From assembly GCA_002269645.1 (NCBI GenBank), contig NIVC01001201.1:248001-312000 (forward strand): DNA of 64,000 nucleotides, read 5' to 3'. Shown here in pieces: positions 60,936 through 64,000 of this stretch. The notes beneath the pieces are model-generated. The model saw only the letters and a program-made list of their open reading frames with translations, did no database searches and had not been told where the DNA came from. The DNA comes from Macrostomum lignano (taxonomy: Eukaryota). Positions within the stretch are counted from its first letter, which is position 1; every line of letters starts with the position of its first letter. A program made the position numbers and the translations under genes.

Positions 60936-62017
60936 AATGTGGGTAAATGAAATTGGGAAAAACAAAATGAATAGCAGCTTTAGACGGAGGGGGGCCAGAA
61001 AAAACCAGTGGCAGGGAGAGGAGGGGCGGAGAGCGCAGGGGTCGGGGAAAGGGCATTGTGAGGCGCAGCTCACAACACTCAACTCTGCACTGCTTCAGTT
61101 CACCCAGCTGTAAAATGGGTGCCAGAATTATCTGGGGTAATTGAGGGTGTGTGTGGCGCCCCCCATTCTTGGACTTAACAGCCATGCGCAGGGTTCAGAT
61201 GCGCCGCGCAATAGCTGCGGCTGAGCTGTCGGTTGCACATAAAAAACTTGTTTGTTATTAATTATTATTATTATTACTATATATATATAAACTCATGGCC
61301 ATATGGAATTTTCATAAATTAATCGAAAAGGGATGCTGTTCGAATTCCTGTTGTGTTAAATAATGAAGAACATCTGGGATTAATTTTTCTGCTCTTGTCC
61401 TTGAGAGAAGAGACTGCCTGACACTCAGTGCAAGGGCAGATTGCCTTCGCTGAATTACTGAATCCCTTCGCCCACGCTGTTTCGGGACAGGGGGTGAGTG
61501 TTTTTAGGGTGAGGGGTCAAACCGGCGGGCTCAATGTACATTCAACAAGCTAAGTACATTTCTCTGCGAAGGAGAGAGCCGCGAGGGCCGCAGCCTACAC
61601 TGGGGCTGTGGTTATCGCTCGCCCGACAGGAAGGGGGAGGGGAGAGGGGCCACAACGTACACTGAGGCTGTGGTTATCGGAAGACGGAGGGGAGGGGGGC
61701 TGCTGCGGGAGGAAGACACGACTGTAAGCGGCTGGGACAGGAGAGAGCTGAAAGGAGGGGAGGCGAAGAGCGGAGAGAGGCGAGAAGGCAGAACGGGGCT
61801 TCCCGGCCTCTCCCAGGCATCAGTGCAGTTGAGCATCCAATGTCGGAGCCGGCACAGGGGGGGGGGTTGGGGATGAGAAATGATTGAGGAGGGATTTGCG
61901 ACCGACAACCCAGCTCAAGTCGGTCCTTAGCCAGTTCTGCCTCCCACCGAAGGCTTGGGAACGCAGAGAATTTTTGTTTTGCAAAAGCTATCGAGCCAGG
62001 CCTTGCAGAGAGAAGGC

Positions 62018-64000
62018 ATGGCCAAACTGCTTCAACGAGTCGTGTCCGACGCGGCCACGAAGGTGGCTGGTCGGCGGGGTGGAAACTCTACGCTGCCGGA
62101 GATGCAGCGGGCTGACACCGAGCCTTCGCAGCAGGCGGCTGTGGCTGCGGCGCTGGAGAAGATCAACAGCAGCGGGGCGGAGTACCGTGAGATGCTGCTG
62201 AGACACGTGAAACGGGAGGTAAAGCAACTCATGGAGGAGTCCGTGACTAGGAGGGGTGTCCATCAGGAGTGCTCCATCATCACTTCGCTGTGCGGTGAGT
62301 GACAGGTTGGGTAGGAGTGAGAGCACTTTAGCTTAATAGATAATGTGGGTCATTTACAGTTGGGGTCATTCATGTCGACAGTTGGGGGTCATACATGTAG
62401 ATGTGGGTCATAGACAGATCGGGTCATAGACAGTTTTGGTCATAGACAGCTGTATTCAAATACAGTTGGAGTCATAGCGGCTGATCCTCTCCTATCCGCA
62501 CTCACCCACAGCCGGAGTGGATAACTGCCTGCTGTACGGGCTGAAGCGCCACAGCCTCGGCATGTTCAGGGACAGTTCGACCCTCGCGCTGCTGCAGAAG
62601 ATCAGCCGGTCCTGCCCGGCCGCCAAGGCGGTCACCGACCGGCTGCAGACTGATGAATCTGCATCCCAGCCAGCTTCCAGCTCTTCTTCGAACTCATCTT
62701 CGATAAAACGGCCGGTGCAGAGCGTCAAGTTCCAGTGGATCCGGGTGGCGCTGATGGAGAAACACTTGGCCAGAATCATCGAGCACCTGGTTGAGAACGG
62801 GCGACAGTTCTACGAAACCGACAGCATCATCGGTGACCCCTGCGATGGGCCTCTGCTGGCTTCGCTTCTTGGTGAGCGGTCCAGTAGTTGGGATTTCGCT
62901 GGCTTTGTGGAGGGTCTGCAGGGCCTGTGAGTGTCTGTGGAAGATCTGTGGCGCGTCTACTCGAACTGTGCTATTTGGGTCCTGTGGGGGTGTTGTTGTT
63001 CTGGAGCGCTGTAATGTCATAAAATCATAAAATGTCATAAAATCATTTGCCACCCTCGTCATTCCCAGTCGGACCCTGCGCCCTCGAGTTTGACAAGTCC
63101 CAGGGCCCGGGCATGGAGATGTGCACCGATCTGAGCGCCGACGAGCTGCTGCAACGACATCGGATCCACTCGCCCCTGAGGAACCCCGCGGCGTCACCAA
63201 AACCCGCTAGGAAGCCGTCACTGAAGGTTTGAGTTCACTCTGCCATCCACACTAACGCGCTAGTCTAATCCCTAGACTCTCCGGGGGGAGATCCCTAATC
63301 TAGGGGATGTTGTGCGCTAGGGGATATTCGAAAATCCCCTCTCAGCAGTGATTTCGTAATCTCCCAGTTCTCCCGCTGATCTGGGGATCGCGGAGCAATC
63401 AGAGGCTGACAAATCAGTATCGCAGTAGAATGTTGCACGATAGATTTTTCCATGGGATCGTCCTGCTTTTTTCACGGATTTCCCATGGAAACTCCGTCCG
63501 CAGCTGAAGCGCTCGCAGTCTCCGGCTGGGGGCGAGGCGGCCGCGAATCGTCGGCGCAGCCCGGCTGGCGGAGGCATGGCGGAGTTCGTCCAGCTGCTTC
63601 ACCAAAACAGCCGGGCGACGCTGCTGTTTGGCAAGAACAATGTGCTGTCTCAGACACCGGCCCTGCCCAGGAAGATGCCCGGCTACCTGTCACTGCACCT
63701 GGAGCCCTCCGGTGAGGCTGGAAGGTTTAATTTCTTCATTTTTTAAACTTGATCCAATAGACTTCTGAACCCTTGAAGTCCATTAGGTCTTCAAATCCAA
63801 GTCCATTAGGTCTTCAAATCCAAGTCCATTAGGTCTTCAAATCCAAGTCCATTAGGCCTCCAAATCCAAACCAGTTAGGCCCCCAACCCCAAGTGATTAA
63901 GCCTCCAAAACCCCAATCCCCTGAGCTCACCTGCACAGGCCTGACAGTGAAATGGATGCCCAACCTGCTGATGATGGCCGGCAGCACTTCGGACAGCGAA
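62018..64000 (+). CDS. SGSM1: Small G protein signalling modulator 1/2-like (RUN domain, PH-like domain; TBC domain expected beyond the window), 5' part
   Basis: Exons 62018-62294, 62512-62871, 63069-63226, 63504-63711, 63939->64000, phases consistent. Motifs LLRHVKREVKQLMEESVTRR.VH, CLLYGLKR, WIRVALMEKHLARIIEHLVEN..FYE, GPLLASLLVGPCALEF, DLSADELLQRHRI, LHQNSRATLLFGKNNV, PGYLSLH, LTVKWMPN. SGSM1 versus SGSM2 is not resolvable. Confidence 0.92.
62345..62478 (+). repeat. Short GTCATAGACAG-core array in SGSM intron 1
   Basis: GGGTCATAGACAG and variants; same family as 25867-26625. Confidence 0.75.
63776..63870 (+). repeat. 23-bp repeat AAGTCCATTAGGTCTTCAAATCC, ~4 copies
   Basis: Directly visible in SGSM intron 4. 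Confidence 0.88.

Noticed and set aside
62872-62930. Stop at 62930 as the end of the RUN-domain protein
   Set aside because: Donor at 62872 and acceptor at 63068 give the conserved LLVGPCALE continuation.

Overview
Eukaryotic (invertebrate-type) genomic DNA with GC-rich exons and introns packed with minisatellites. The style resembles the flatworm Macrostomum lignano, but that is an inference I cannot verify here. By manual splicing of GT/AG boundaries with phase checks I reconstruct seven protein-coding loci: (1) a 25-exon polycystin-1-like receptor on + (about 3,930 aa, probably 5'-incomplete; PKD repeats, REJ, GPS, PLAT, 11 TM) with a 1-nt frameshift at ~22380; (2) a 4-exon ENT4/SLC29A4-like nucleoside transporter on -; (3) an IQCH orthologue on +, almost all in one 2.8-kb exon; (4) an intronless, divergent Na+/K+-ATPase beta-like gene on -; (5) a 5-exon TRP channel on + with a TRPM-type MHR3/4, transmembrane and TRP-box body but N-terminal ankyrin repeats in place of the usual MHR1/2 domain, with a 1-nt frameshift at ~45513; (6) a small thioredoxin-fold-like gene on -; (7) the 5' part of an SGSM1/2-like gene on +, running off the window. 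Non-coding content includes more than 20 tandem arrays, a head-to-tail tandem of Helitron-like elements (53580-59327), tRNA-derived SINE copies and several foldback/MITE-like elements. The strongest leads are the ankyrin-TRPM chimera, the Helitron tandem junction, and a candidate intron created by minisatellite expansion upstream of IQCH. Most long ORFs in the supplied track over repeats are artefacts. No CRISPR array, rRNA or intact tRNA gene was seen.
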